Source: an uncultured Alphaproteobacteria bacterium (lineage in GTDB: Bacteria; Pseudomonadota; Alphaproteobacteria; RF32; CAG-239). Taken from it: a stretch of DNA of 64,000 nt. The stretch lies in NCBI GenBank assembly GCA_949297145.1, contig CASFQO010000002.1, forward strand, positions 250,804-314,803. Reading direction: 5' to 3'. The position numbers were made by a program, and so were the translations under genes. Below the pieces are notes generated by a model. It saw only the letters and a list, made by a program, of their open reading frames with translations. It did not search any database and was not told the DNA's origin. Below are positions 19,898 to 29,451 of this stretch, piece by piece (position 1 is the stretch's first letter; every line of letters begins with the position of its first letter).

Positions 19898-20117
19898 AAA
19901 AAAGCACTCCTAAAAAAGAGCGCTATTTGAATTGGTAATCCCAATGGGCGGCCGCAAGAAAAAGTGCTAAAATGCACTTTTTCTAAGGAGGCGCAATGAG
20001 ACTTATTTTTCAGAGCAAGTGTAAACGCCGCTATTGAAAAATTTAGTCGGAAGTAAGAGCCTCCATTCGCTTTGCAAAAGCGATGGGTTCAAATCCCGTA
20101 AAAAATAGATTTAAAAC
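19898..20117 (-). repeat. tRNA-Glu-linked structured module, copy A (possible ncRNA or att-derived element)
   Basis: Roughly 94 percent identical by eye to copy B. It contains a tRNA-Glu 3'-end-like segment (19933-19948) and an 11-bp perfect hairpin (19957-19984). It also has an exact inverted copy of the tRNA-Glu T-arm (20083-20099) and its own terminator (19898-19924). Confidence 0.6.
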
Positions 20118-20345
20118 AAAAAAAGCGCTCTTTAGAAAGAGCGCTATTTGAATTGGTGATCCCAATGGGCGGCCGCAAGAAAAAGTACCCTTATGTACTT
20201 TTTCTAAGGAGACGCAATGAGACTTATTTTTCAGAGCAAGTGTAAACGCCGCTATTGAAAAATTTAGTCGGAAGTAAGAGCCTCTATTCGCTTTGCAAAA
20301 GCGATGGGGTCAAATCCCGTAAAACAGAAAAATAGATTTGAAACA
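20118..20345 (-). repeat. tRNA-Glu-linked structured module, copy B
   Basis: tRNA-Glu 3'-end-like segment at 20154-20169. The 11-bp hairpin at 20178-20205 differs from copy A by a compensatory G:C to A:T change. Inverted T-arm copy at 20304-20320 (1 mismatch) and terminator at 20118-20145. Confidence 0.6.
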
Positions 20346-20377
20346 CAAAAAGAGGAAGTATATACTTCCTCTTTTCT
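20346..20377 (-). terminator. rho-independent terminator of tRNA-Glu
   Basis: Perfect palindrome AGAGGAAGTATATACTTCCTCT, followed on the minus strand by UUUUUGUGUUU. Confidence 0.75.
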
Positions 20378-20380
20378 AAT

Positions 20381-20455
20381 TGGTGATCCCAACGGGATTT
20401 GAACCCATGTTACCGCCGTGAAAGGGCGATGTCCTAACCACTAGACGATGGGACC
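20381..20455 (-). tRNA. tRNA-Glu (anticodon UUC), CCA encoded
   Basis: Manual cloverleaf. Acceptor GGTCCCA/TGGGATC, anticodon stem TCGCC/GGCGG, loop CTTTCAC, T-arm ATGGG-TTCAAAT-CCCGT. Length 75 nt. Confidence 0.93.
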
Positions 20456-20474
20456 AATGATCGGAACAAAAGCG

Positions 20475-20503
20475 TTTATATATAGAAAAAAATAATAAGT
20501 CAA
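20475..20503 (-). promoter_or_regulatory. sigma70-type promoter candidate for tRNA-Glu
   Basis: On the minus strand: TTGACT, 17 nt spacer, TATAAA, ending about 20 nt upstream of the tRNA 5' end. Confidence 0.5.
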
Positions 20504-20602
20504 CACTTTCTTTTTATTTTTTTCACATTTTTGCGCATAAATCAAATAAGCATAATAATATCAATAAGTTAGTCACAAGAAATTCTTACTTAACCTCAAC
20601 AG

Positions 20603-22117
20603 TTATTTTCGCGAAACAATCGCTTTCATCAAATCAACCGCCCCGGCATCTGCATTTTCACCAGATGAAGCAGAACTATTTTTTACATTATTTTCAACAG
20701 GTTGAGCGGATGAATTTTCATCTTTCACCGATTCACTTGCTTTTTCACCCAAAGAAGCCTTGTCAGAAGCATCCGGCTCAACAGAAACCGAAGAACTGTT
20801 CAAAGCATTCGGCTCAGACATTTTCTTAAACAAATTCTCTAACGCCTCATTAGCTTTTTGACTACGCGTAACTTGTTCTTCACGAGCTTGAACAGAAGAA
20901 GCAACTTCATCTGAAGCCTGCACCGCCAAAGCCTTTTTTTCATCAAGAGCATTTTGAATATTTTGAGACTTTTCTTGAACAAGTTCAACCTTTTCAGACA
21001 CTGTCTTTTGCACATTATCCTGCAACTGTTCCTTTTTATCCTGCAGAGCTTTTATCATATCAACCGGCGCATTGTCCGAAGACACATTAGAAGGAAGATT
21101 TTCTTTATTCGCCTCTTCTTTTATTGACGCTTTAAGAGGCTCGGTTCCTTCTTTTGCCACCGGGACCAATAGCGTTGGCTGATTATAAGAAGCCTCTTTA
21201 CCCTCTTCAACAACTTTTGCCTCTTGAGACATATTCTCTGGCGTAGTTTCTTTAGCCTCTGCCGCAACTGCTACTGCCTGAGATACCTGCTCCACAGCCT
21301 TATCTTGCGAAGGTTTAACCTCTTTGACAGTCATTTCATCCGTTTTTACAACCAGCGGTTCAGCCTCTTTTGCCACAACTTCTGGAGAGTTTGAAACCGT
21401 CTGAACATTTTGCGCTGGCTGAGACGTATGCGTTTCCGGAGTTTCAGCTTTTGGCGTTGCAACCACCTCCACACTTTCCTGCACGGCAACAACACCTTTG
21501 TCGCTATCATAAATTTCAATTTTTCCGGCTTCAAACACAGGCTGCGGTTGAGCTTGAACCGGTTTTGAAAGAGAACGCTCTTTAATTTGCCCCAAAGCCG
21601 ATTGCGGCCGTGAGATATTTTCCGCCTTTTGATGAATTTCTTGCAAAGATTGCGTTAATTCCGCCGCCCCATCGTGTGAAGAAACCTCTTTAGGTTGAAC
21701 CGCCTCTTTATTTTCCGGAGCTTTTTCATTTTCGGTTAAAGCTGAATTATTTTCTTTAACTTCAACATTTTGTTGTGATTTCTCCAAACTTTGCGCCAAC
21801 TTCTGCCCCAAAGACGGCTCCGCAACATTTTCCTTTTTCACCTCAGGAGTAGCAATATCTTGCGCTCTCGGCGCATTAAGTTCAGAAACCGGCGCTTTGG
21901 CCTCAAGAGGTGCTTTAATAGCCGCCTTCTCTTTGATATCTTTGACAGCACCGCCCTCTGTTTCGTTATAGTCAAAAATAACCGTAGCCGAGGACATTGG
22001 CGACACGGCATGATGATATTCAGCCACCCCGCCAACCACTAAAACCAACATCAAAAACAAAAACAGCAGTTCCACTCTGCCCTTTGCTTTTACTCTGGAG
22101 ACATCTTGATTATCCAT
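20603..22117 (-). CDS. membrane-anchored low-complexity protein, 504 aa
   Basis: N-terminal TM helix LLFLFLMLVLVVGGV followed by ~450 aa rich in E/K/A/V/Q/S. It lies 85 nt downstream of the phage-like block on the same strand. Whether it belongs to the block is unknown. Confidence 0.65.
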   Translation of the reverse strand: MDNQDVSRVKAKGRVELLFLFLMLVLVVGGVAEYHHAVSPMSSATVIFDYNETEGGAVKDIKEKAAIKAPLEAKAPVSELNAPRAQDIATPEVKKENVAEPSLGQKLAQSLEKSQQNVEVKENNSALTENEKAPENKEAVQPKEVSSHDGAAELTQSLQEIHQKAENISRPQSALGQIKERSLSKPVQAQPQPVFEAGKIEIYDSDKGVVAVQESVEVVATPKAETPETHTSQPAQNVQTVSNSPEVVAKEAEPLVVKTDEMTVKEVKPSQDKAVEQVSQAVAVAAEAKETTPENMSQEAKVVEEGKEASYNQPTLLVPVAKEGTEPLKASIKEEANKENLPSNVSSDNAPVDMIKALQDKKEQLQDNVQKTVSEKVELVQEKSQNIQNALDEKKALAVQASDEVASSVQAREEQVTRSQKANEALENLFKKMSEPNALNSSSVSVEPDASDKASLGEKASESVKDENSSAQPVENNVKNSSASSGENADAGAVDLMKAIVSRK

Positions 22118-22201
22118 AAAAAAACTCCGTCAAAAGAAAAAAACTAAGGCATTATAGAACTGCCGATATATAAATGCAAGTATTTACTTACACATACCCT
22201 C

Positions 22202-25200
22202 TTACCACATATCAAGTTTTTTCATAAAGCGAGAACGTGCTTTAGAGTGATACCGATTGGCATTAGAGAGCAGATTTTTGGCATCATCATTATACTTATC
22301 CCGATGCACCAGCACCGTATTGGTCAAATGATCCAGCCAGATCGTATAAAAATAGAACAACAAATCTTCATCCTCGTTTTCCGGATAAAGCTTATGATCG
22401 AGCGCATACAATAGCCGGTCCACAAAGATTTCCTCTGCGCCGTCGGTTACCGCCTCTTCTGCCGTAAAAAAGCGCCTTGGAATATCGGGCAAATATTTTT
22501 CCCCTTTTCGATAAAATAACCGATAACCATCATCGGCTTTAACCACTTCATAGTTTTCCAAAATAACTTTTCTAAACCGCTCCATCTCCCGGTTATAAAC
22601 AGCCGTTAAGTAAGAATTTCGGTTAAACTGCGAAGTCTGAAACAGTTGACTGAGATAGTGAAAAGTTTCGTGAACAATGGTTTCCGCATTAGCTTTTTCA
22701 AACAAATAAATTGTTTTATCCGCCATATCATAAGCCCCTCTTGCCATTGCCATATTCGTGGAGCTAATGGCATCAGGAACACTGGGCACCGTTTCATCAT
22801 CATCCGGAAGAATACGCTTGCTTTCGGGCAAAAACGGATATTGCGTATCCTCGCTGTCGGCATAATCGGCATACCGCTGCAGTGAGGCATAATTAAGTTT
22901 ACTTTTATCAACCATTGGTTCTTTTTTGGCATCATCCCAATAAGCAAAGCTCCTCTGCCAATCAGAATAATTTTGCCTTCTGAGCATCGCTCTCATGTCA
23001 ATATTTCCCTGAGATGCTTCCCCCATCCAAGGAAACGGCGCCGTGATATAATAGCCGGAAGAAATTCTCGCCCGAATAATCATTTCCATATTCATCTTGT
23101 GCCTTAAATCCATTAACTCCGAATATGCGAAATCAGCCAACTTTCGTTCATCCGGATCGAGCAGATATTGCCCGTATTTTTCATCCATTTTTTTAAACAC
23201 GGCATCAAAATCAATATCCGAATATTTAACGTGTTGCACAGATTGCGAAGACTTTGCAGTATTAGAGGGAGCGTTTTTGCTCTGGCTTTTATAAATGTCT
23301 AATAACGAAATCGGCATATCTTTTTCAACCACATAGTTTTTAGCGCGTTCTTCGGGCATATATCGCGCAAAAAACAAATCCAACCCGTTGATGATTTTGG
23401 GCATAACTTCCGCTTTAGCTAAATAGATATGCCTATCCATAAAGTTTTTCATCTGCGTCTCAGATAAGCTCAAATCAAAATGCTCCTTCATCTGAATAGC
23501 AAACGCCGCCCCTTTCATCAGCAAATCTTTAAGGTTAGCATAATCAAACATCCTCGGATCGATTTCCAAAACATCACTCTCAAGATTTCTGTCATGATAA
23601 AAGTGATATCCGTCATCGTTATTCAGCTCATCAAAACGCACCGTCACATCTTTAAGCTCCGGATAATTTTTATAGAGTTCTTCATGATCTAACAAATCCC
23701 CCAGCTTCATTTCCTTTTTATCAAGCAAAAGCTGACGTTCTGCCCAATACCGCCGCAGACTTTCATCCCCATCCTCAAGATGCTCCTGAACAAAAGCATT
23801 TGCGGCTTGAATATCGCGTTTTTCAGCCAATCTGGCAAAATCAAGCTCTTTATGAAACCGATAAATACGATACACCTGATCCAACAAATCGGCCATAGCG
23901 GTTTTTTCCATATATGTCATATAGCGATATTGCGGTTGAGCAAAAAATCTATCCACCATAGAGAGCGGGATGTGCGCATCGCGATAAAGCTTTTGCATAT
24001 AATTCATATTGAAATAAGGCTTATGAAAATCCCCCTGTCCGGCGAGATACATCCGATAAAACTTTTCTCTGTCAACATCTTCGTAAAAATCCTCAACATC
24101 GGGCAACCCTAAGCGTTTAATAGCCGCTTCACGTTTACCGGCCTGACGTTGCAAATCTTCATCAAGCGATTGCACATAATTTTCAAAAGCACTTGTTTTA
24201 ACGCCGGCTTTATTCAAAAACTTATCCAAACGCTCAATATTTTTATCCACATCAACGGCACTGCGCCAAATATCGCCAATAAAATTCAAATAAGAATATT
24301 CTTCCATCGCTGAACGAATAATTTTCATCTGTTCGCTCGTATAAATATTTCCGAGCGGCGGCACATTGGTGTTTGCGGACTGACGACTTTTAAGCGGCGC
24401 TCTGGTTGTATGTTCTGCCTCTTTTGCAGAGATATTCCGCAGTTCGGCATTCCATACCAAACGACCGTCAGTATCTTCTTTAAGAAGAAGAGCTATATGC
24501 TTTTTCTGACCGTCAATTTCAATCGGCAAAACCGCCTGATAATATGCCTTCGCATCAGGTTCTTTTTGGCGTCCCAAATTCTTTGGATAAAAGACACCCT
24601 TTTCAAGCAACATCGGTAAATACGGAATCAACATCTTGTGCGTATCATCCAAATTTCCCTCAAGCATTAAAGAAGGAGTACTTATTTCTATTTCGCGCTG
24701 AAGCGACGGATTATAAACTTTCATATTCTGATAAGTTGAAAGCAAGTCATTCATAGCCTGGTTAAAGTCTTCATCAGCTCCTTTTTTATAATCAGAAGAA
24801 CGCACAACCGCCAAAACATCTTGTGCCGTTCCCGATTGCTGTCCGCTTAGCTGTTCTTGCGCATTGGGAACTTCTGCATTTTCATTGGCTGAAACCAAAT
24901 GCCTTGTATCATTTTCATCCAAAACATCAAATTTTTCTCTGTCCATCAACACTTGCTTTAAGGTCATATCGCGCAATAAAGGCATTTCACTTGTCGCGTG
25001 CTGTTTATTTCTTTCAGAAAGATACATATACCCGTCTAACAGCCCTTGCACACGGGTCGCAACCTGTCCTTTTTCGTCTTCAATACGCTTTTCATAATTA
25101 TGTTCCGGATCAAGAATGGAAACATCGCCGGTTCGCCCTTGCTTAAAAGAAAAATGACCATTGTAATTTTTATCCAAAAACTCAATAAAATCATCATACA

Positions 25201-27283
25201 TATAGTTATAAAGTTCTTGAGCAAGACTACCGCCGCTTATAAGTGAATCTTCAAGAGAGCGCAGTTGAATAATATCCTGCGCTTCAATTTCTTCCAACTT
25301 ACGCACATAAGACTTCCAATATTGCTTCGGGAGTTCATCTTCTTTCACATTAAAATCAAGTTTAAGTTTGGCTTTAGCATCGCTGATTTCAAAGCGCCAC
25401 TTTCCGTCTGTTCCGCGATACCATCCGGTTTTATTCCAAATAAATCGCGGCATATAATCTTCCGCCTCCAAACGATACGCCTCACCGAGCCGCTTAAAAT
25501 CGGCATACTTAGCGTTAATTCCGCCAAATTGAAACAAGACCGAAGTATTGGGAGCTAAATTTTTCTTAAAATTTTCATACGTTGTTTGTTTCACTTCCGG
25601 AACATTTTCCATCAAGATTTTTTGTGGCGAAAAAGTCTTATCCACATCATACAAAGCCATCGCCGTCGCCTGCATCATACCGGCGGTAATTTGCGCTTTG
25701 CTTTTATCATTGGTAGCTTTAAGCGTCCGTTTATACATCGTATCATATATTTTTCTAAACGCTTTAATGTCTGCTTTCCGCAAGCTTCTATCTTGCGGCT
25801 CTGCTTCAGTCGCAGCCTTTTCCATAGCTTTGAGGTTTTGCTCCAATGAGTAAGATAACACTTTTCCGAAAGCTTCAGGCTTTTGTTGCAAAAACTCTAA
25901 CGTGCTTTTTTTAAAGAGTTCAATTTCTTCATCACTAACCCCTTTAAGCAACATCCGCTGCCGCACATCGTCATATGTTTTTCGCGCATAATAGATACTT
26001 CCGTCAGCACCCATCAAAGCCGACGTACCGGCAATTGCCCCCAATGCACTTTCAATCAATCCTTCAAAGAGTTCTTGGGTATCGTCAATACCGACTTTTC
26101 TAACCAAATTTTCTGCCAACAATTGCTGCAAAACTTCTGAACCGGCTTCACGAAGCGGCGCCCCGACAACTTCTTTGGCAATCATTTGAGACGTCATCTT
26201 AGCACTTTCGGAAATCTGTTTTGGCAACGGATTAAACAGCTTATCAATCACAAAAGTCGTTCCGCCCGAAAGCAAAGCCGCGGTGTTGGCGACATCAACA
26301 TTTTCATCTTTTTGATAAGACTCATTAAACACCTGCGCCGCACCGCCGCCTGCAAATAACAAATAAGTCGGCCCCGCCCCGATATATTTGGATAAAGCCC
26401 CCATCGTTAAAACTTGCGCCGAGCCCTGCCCCAAAACATTCGCCAATTTCGCCCAACTGGGGTCTGTGTTATACGCCTCGACAGACGGAGCCAAAACCGA
26501 ACTCGTATCTATCTTATCGGCATAATTTTGAAATTTATGACCGATATTTTTTAAGATAGACCCGGCTTTCGGTGCAAACAACGCTGCGCCGGATGTCATC
26601 ATACCGATTGTGAGGTTTTTATTTTCTATATTCGTCCCAAAATAAGACAACACATTTCCGACCATTCGCAAATTATCGGAAGTAAACCCTCTGGCACCGG
26701 CTTTAAGAGCTTCTTTACCAAACGCCCCCGCATCAAACTCACCCATATTCCCTTCATTATAAGCCCAAGTATAGTCAGCAACATCCTCACCCAAGCTCTC
26801 GAGCGCATTCCAATACGTCTGCACATCGGTTGCCTGCTTCAACCAATCTCCGATAACCTGAAAACTGGTATGCGGTTTATCAGCATTCACACTATCGGCA
26901 GAAATAACCGGAAATTGCAAATTGTGCTCTTCTTCCACATAAGTGAACGGCAAATCGGTACTTTTCTCGCCAAAATCAAGCTGCAAATCTTGCGCCCGGG
27001 GAGCAGTAGCCGTTGAGGCTCTCAAAGAAACGCCGCTATTTTGAAACGCACTATCATCAGAAGTTTGAGTATTGAATGCTTCTGAAACATCATCGGCCCC
27101 ATCATCCGGTAACTTCAGTAACGTCTGCGGAACTTCTGGGTTAAAAATAGACTGCGTTTCCTCATCATTCGTAACATTTGGCAAAACCGTTTGCTGAAGC
27201 TCATCATCGGCATAAGGAATAGGCGTTTGCATCAACCCCTCACCCGACGCAACGCCCTTAAAATCATCATCAACTTTATTCAT
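22202..27283 (-). CDS. giant virion-associated (ejection/polyvalent-like) protein with HExxH motif, 1693 aa
   Basis: Intact 5.1 kb ORF and the last gene of the block. A zincin-type HETFH motif is encoded at 22658-22672. Size and position correspond to the largest internal virion protein of T7-like phages; this is a positional inference only. Confidence 0.6.
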   Translation of the reverse strand: MNKVDDDFKGVASGEGLMQTPIPYADDELQQTVLPNVTNDEETQSIFNPEVPQTLLKLPDDGADDVSEAFNTQTSDDSAFQNSGVSLRASTATAPRAQDLQLDFGEKSTDLPFTYVEEEHNLQFPVISADSVNADKPHTSFQVIGDWLKQATDVQTYWNALESLGEDVADYTWAYNEGNMGEFDAGAFGKEALKAGARGFTSDNLRMVGNVLSYFGTNIENKNLTIGMMTSGAALFAPKAGSILKNIGHKFQNYADKIDTSSVLAPSVEAYNTDPSWAKLANVLGQGSAQVLTMGALSKYIGAGPTYLLFAGGGAAQVFNESYQKDENVDVANTAALLSGGTTFVIDKLFNPLPKQISESAKMTSQMIAKEVVGAPLREAGSEVLQQLLAENLVRKVGIDDTQELFEGLIESALGAIAGTSALMGADGSIYYARKTYDDVRQRMLLKGVSDEEIELFKKSTLEFLQQKPEAFGKVLSYSLEQNLKAMEKAATEAEPQDRSLRKADIKAFRKIYDTMYKRTLKATNDKSKAQITAGMMQATAMALYDVDKTFSPQKILMENVPEVKQTTYENFKKNLAPNTSVLFQFGGINAKYADFKRLGEAYRLEAEDYMPRFIWNKTGWYRGTDGKWRFEISDAKAKLKLDFNVKEDELPKQYWKSYVRKLEEIEAQDIIQLRSLEDSLISGGSLAQELYNYMYDDFIEFLDKNYNGHFSFKQGRTGDVSILDPEHNYEKRIEDEKGQVATRVQGLLDGYMYLSERNKQHATSEMPLLRDMTLKQVLMDREKFDVLDENDTRHLVSANENAEVPNAQEQLSGQQSGTAQDVLAVVRSSDYKKGADEDFNQAMNDLLSTYQNMKVYNPSLQREIEISTPSLMLEGNLDDTHKMLIPYLPMLLEKGVFYPKNLGRQKEPDAKAYYQAVLPIEIDGQKKHIALLLKEDTDGRLVWNAELRNISAKEAEHTTRAPLKSRQSANTNVPPLGNIYTSEQMKIIRSAMEEYSYLNFIGDIWRSAVDVDKNIERLDKFLNKAGVKTSAFENYVQSLDEDLQRQAGKREAAIKRLGLPDVEDFYEDVDREKFYRMYLAGQGDFHKPYFNMNYMQKLYRDAHIPLSMVDRFFAQPQYRYMTYMEKTAMADLLDQVYRIYRFHKELDFARLAEKRDIQAANAFVQEHLEDGDESLRRYWAERQLLLDKKEMKLGDLLDHEELYKNYPELKDVTVRFDELNNDDGYHFYHDRNLESDVLEIDPRMFDYANLKDLLMKGAAFAIQMKEHFDLSLSETQMKNFMDRHIYLAKAEVMPKIINGLDLFFARYMPEERAKNYVVEKDMPISLLDIYKSQSKNAPSNTAKSSQSVQHVKYSDIDFDAVFKKMDEKYGQYLLDPDERKLADFAYSELMDLRHKMNMEMIIRARISSGYYITAPFPWMGEASQGNIDMRAMLRRQNYSDWQRSFAYWDDAKKEPMVDKSKLNYASLQRYADYADSEDTQYPFLPESKRILPDDDETVPSVPDAISSTNMAMARGAYDMADKTIYLFEKANAETIVHETFHYLSQLFQTSQFNRNSYLTAVYNREMERFRKVILENYEVVKADDGYRLFYRKGEKYLPDIPRRFFTAEEAVTDGAEEIFVDRLLYALDHKLYPENEDEDLLFYFYTIWLDHLTNTVLVHRDKYNDDAKNLLSNANRYHSKARSRFMKKLDMW

Positions 27284-27311
27284 ATCAAATCCTACCTTAA
27301 AACAAAAACCA

Positions 27312-28973
27312 TTAACCCCTCATCACCGCCAATCGTCCCTGAAAATAGAATTTTTCACCGGGAGCCAAATCAGCCTCTGCCAATTCTTCATAAGAATCAA
27401 ATTGCGGATAATTAAGTTCTTTGCGCTGCTCCTCACGAGCAATTTGACGCATCGTTTCAATTTTATCTTCGGCAAACGGCGCCAAAGACGCATATTTTTT
27501 CCAAATACGCGCAACATCCGTTCCCGCATAAGCCGATTGAAGCGCTCTTTTTAATTCGCCAAACGTTACCGCATCTTTTTGAGCATTGGTTTTAAGCATC
27601 ATATCTTTGATAACGCCGTCCAAAGCAAGCCTGCTGATTTTCTTTTCCTGAAGCGGCGTCAACTGCCCGCCGTTTTGTTGCAAAGAAGACGCCAAAGCCG
27701 TTTTTGTGGCATAGTAATTTTGATAAATATCCAACGCAAATTTAGCCTTGTCTTCCATCAACTGCTGCGCTATAAAATTCCCCCTCGTAGATGCTGCAGA
27801 TAAATCAGCCGCAAAGGCTTTATCTACCAGCGCATCAACTTCTTTATCAAACATCATTTCAGCCGTCGGCTTATCGCTTTGCGCTGCCAAGAGTTGATTT
27901 TGCAAAGCCGAAACTTCTTCTAAGCCAAGTTTGTTTTGGTGATAAGCATTGATAAGATAATTAGACGCATCACTGATTTCTTGAGCAGAAAGTTGCGTTC
28001 CTTCGTTCATCTTGCGCACCAAGCGATAAACCTCGCTCAAAGGGGTTAAACTTCTCTCTTCGTCATCTCCCCAAATATCAACCGTTTGCAGAGATTTTTC
28101 GCCGTTTGCATTTGATACCGTATTTTTTTGCCGCAAAACAAAATATTGTGCCGGAGAAATATCGCCATGCTCTTTTTGTTGCCACAAACTTTGCGCCTCG
28201 CTCAAACGATTGAGCAAATCCAATCTTTCACGTTTAGCCTGATCTTGCTGTTGTGCCGTTGCGATTAAAGATTTTGTCTCTTGAATTTGAGCTTTAAGCT
28301 GTTTCTTTTCCGCCTCATCATCAACATACATATCAACCGCACGAGAGGCCGCTTCGGGATTATTTAGCGCCGCATTAAGAATACCGGTTTTAAGATACCC
28401 TTGCCGATAATTCTTTTTATCCGGTTCCGTTAAAAACGGCGTCTTTTGAATTTCATCCGTCCCCATCTCTAAAAGTTTGCTGACCTTTGCTGCATCACCG
28501 TTATCGGCCAATAAATTTTGATTATCCGCCAACATAGAGTTAAGACTTTGCTTACCGAAATCAATTTGCTTCTCCGCCACAATTTTTTTCGTATCGTCAT
28601 GATGCGCCGCCAAGATATTATCGCCGTGTTTTTTCCAAAACGCCCTTGCCTTTTCATCACCATCAAATTGCGCCGCCAAAACCTTATCGCCATCTTTGAC
28701 CATGTTCTGCAACTCATCAGGCGTTGCGGCGTTTTGCAAAGCCTCTCGCGTTGCCTTAAGCGAAACATCTGCCTGCATAGCCAAACGTTCATCTTCCGTC
28801 TTTTGCATTTTATCAGCCAATGTGTTTGCCGCCTCAAGCAGAGCCGAATCAACATAAAGCGAAGAATCCGAGGCCAAAAATCGTCTTGCCGGAGACGTAA
28901 TTTGCGCCGCCACCGGTCTTTTAAGCATAGCGCCGCCTAATCTCATAAAAGGAACTTTTTGTCTGTTTGCCAT
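27312..28973 (-). CDS. phage internal/ejection-like protein, 553 aa
   Basis: Start at ATG 28973 with an AGGAGAG RBS; the longer ORF-track start overlaps the upstream gene. A/Q/K/E-rich and helical. Function inferred from position only. Confidence 0.5.
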   Translation of the reverse strand: MANRQKVPFMRLGGAMLKRPVAAQITSPARRFLASDSSLYVDSALLEAANTLADKMQKTEDERLAMQADVSLKATREALQNAATPDELQNMVKDGDKVLAAQFDGDEKARAFWKKHGDNILAAHHDDTKKIVAEKQIDFGKQSLNSMLADNQNLLADNGDAAKVSKLLEMGTDEIQKTPFLTEPDKKNYRQGYLKTGILNAALNNPEAASRAVDMYVDDEAEKKQLKAQIQETKSLIATAQQQDQAKRERLDLLNRLSEAQSLWQQKEHGDISPAQYFVLRQKNTVSNANGEKSLQTVDIWGDDEERSLTPLSEVYRLVRKMNEGTQLSAQEISDASNYLINAYHQNKLGLEEVSALQNQLLAAQSDKPTAEMMFDKEVDALVDKAFAADLSAASTRGNFIAQQLMEDKAKFALDIYQNYYATKTALASSLQQNGGQLTPLQEKKISRLALDGVIKDMMLKTNAQKDAVTFGELKRALQSAYAGTDVARIWKKYASLAPFAEDKIETMRQIAREEQRKELNYPQFDSYEELAEADLAPGEKFYFQGRLAVMRG

Positions 28974-28989
28974 CTTATCTCTCCTAAAC

Positions 28990-29451
28990 TTAAAACAAAG
29001 AAGAAAGCGAAGATGAAAGCCCGCTGAGCAAATTGCCGCTAAAACGATTTTGCCCCTCTTTGCGATATTGTTTAGCGTTGGCCTCTTCAACCATCGCCTG
29101 ATACAAATAGTTTTCAGCCTCGCTTTCAACACGATATCTTTCGTTTAAGATATTCTGTTCAAGCGCCGCAGAAGTCGTCGCCAGTGCGGTTGTCGTTGTC
29201 GGACTTTCGCCCATCCCCGCTTCACCGGCAGCAGCCGAAGCCGAAGCAACGGTTGCTCTTTTTTGCGAGCGCATAGCATCTTCGTTTTGAGCCCCGCTCA
29301 AGCGGATATTCGCTGCATTTTGCCTATAAACTTGTGCATTTTGTAACGCCAGTTGCGCCTGTTTTTCATATTGATTTTGTTCTTCTTTTCCTTTTAAGAA
29401 ACCGGAAGCAAAATCAATTCCGGCTTTAATTAAGAGTGCCTGAGCCACCAT
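28990..29451 (-). CDS. phage small internal-protein-like protein, 153 aa
   Basis: Start at ATG 29451 with an AAAGGAG RBS. A/Q/S-rich. Function inferred from position only. Confidence 0.45.
   Translation of the reverse strand: MVAQALLIKAGIDFASGFLKGKEEQNQYEKQAQLALQNAQVYRQNAANIRLSGAQNEDAMRSQKRATVASASAAAGEAGMGESPTTTTALATTSAALEQNILNERYRVESEAENYLYQAMVEEANAKQYRKEGQNRFSGNLLSGLSSSLSSLF

Noticed and set aside
19898-20345. The tandem repeats considered as a CRISPR array.
   Set aside because: The units are ~220-228 bp, near-identical over their whole length, with no short repeat/unique spacer alternation. No cas genes are present.
19898-20345. The tRNA-Glu-linked modules considered as tmRNA (one-piece or permuted).
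   Set aside because: No T-arm lies adjacent to the acceptor-like 3' strand. No tag reading frame ends in hydrophobic residues plus a stop; the best frame gives AKRIEALTSD. The length is only ~180 nt and there are two copies.
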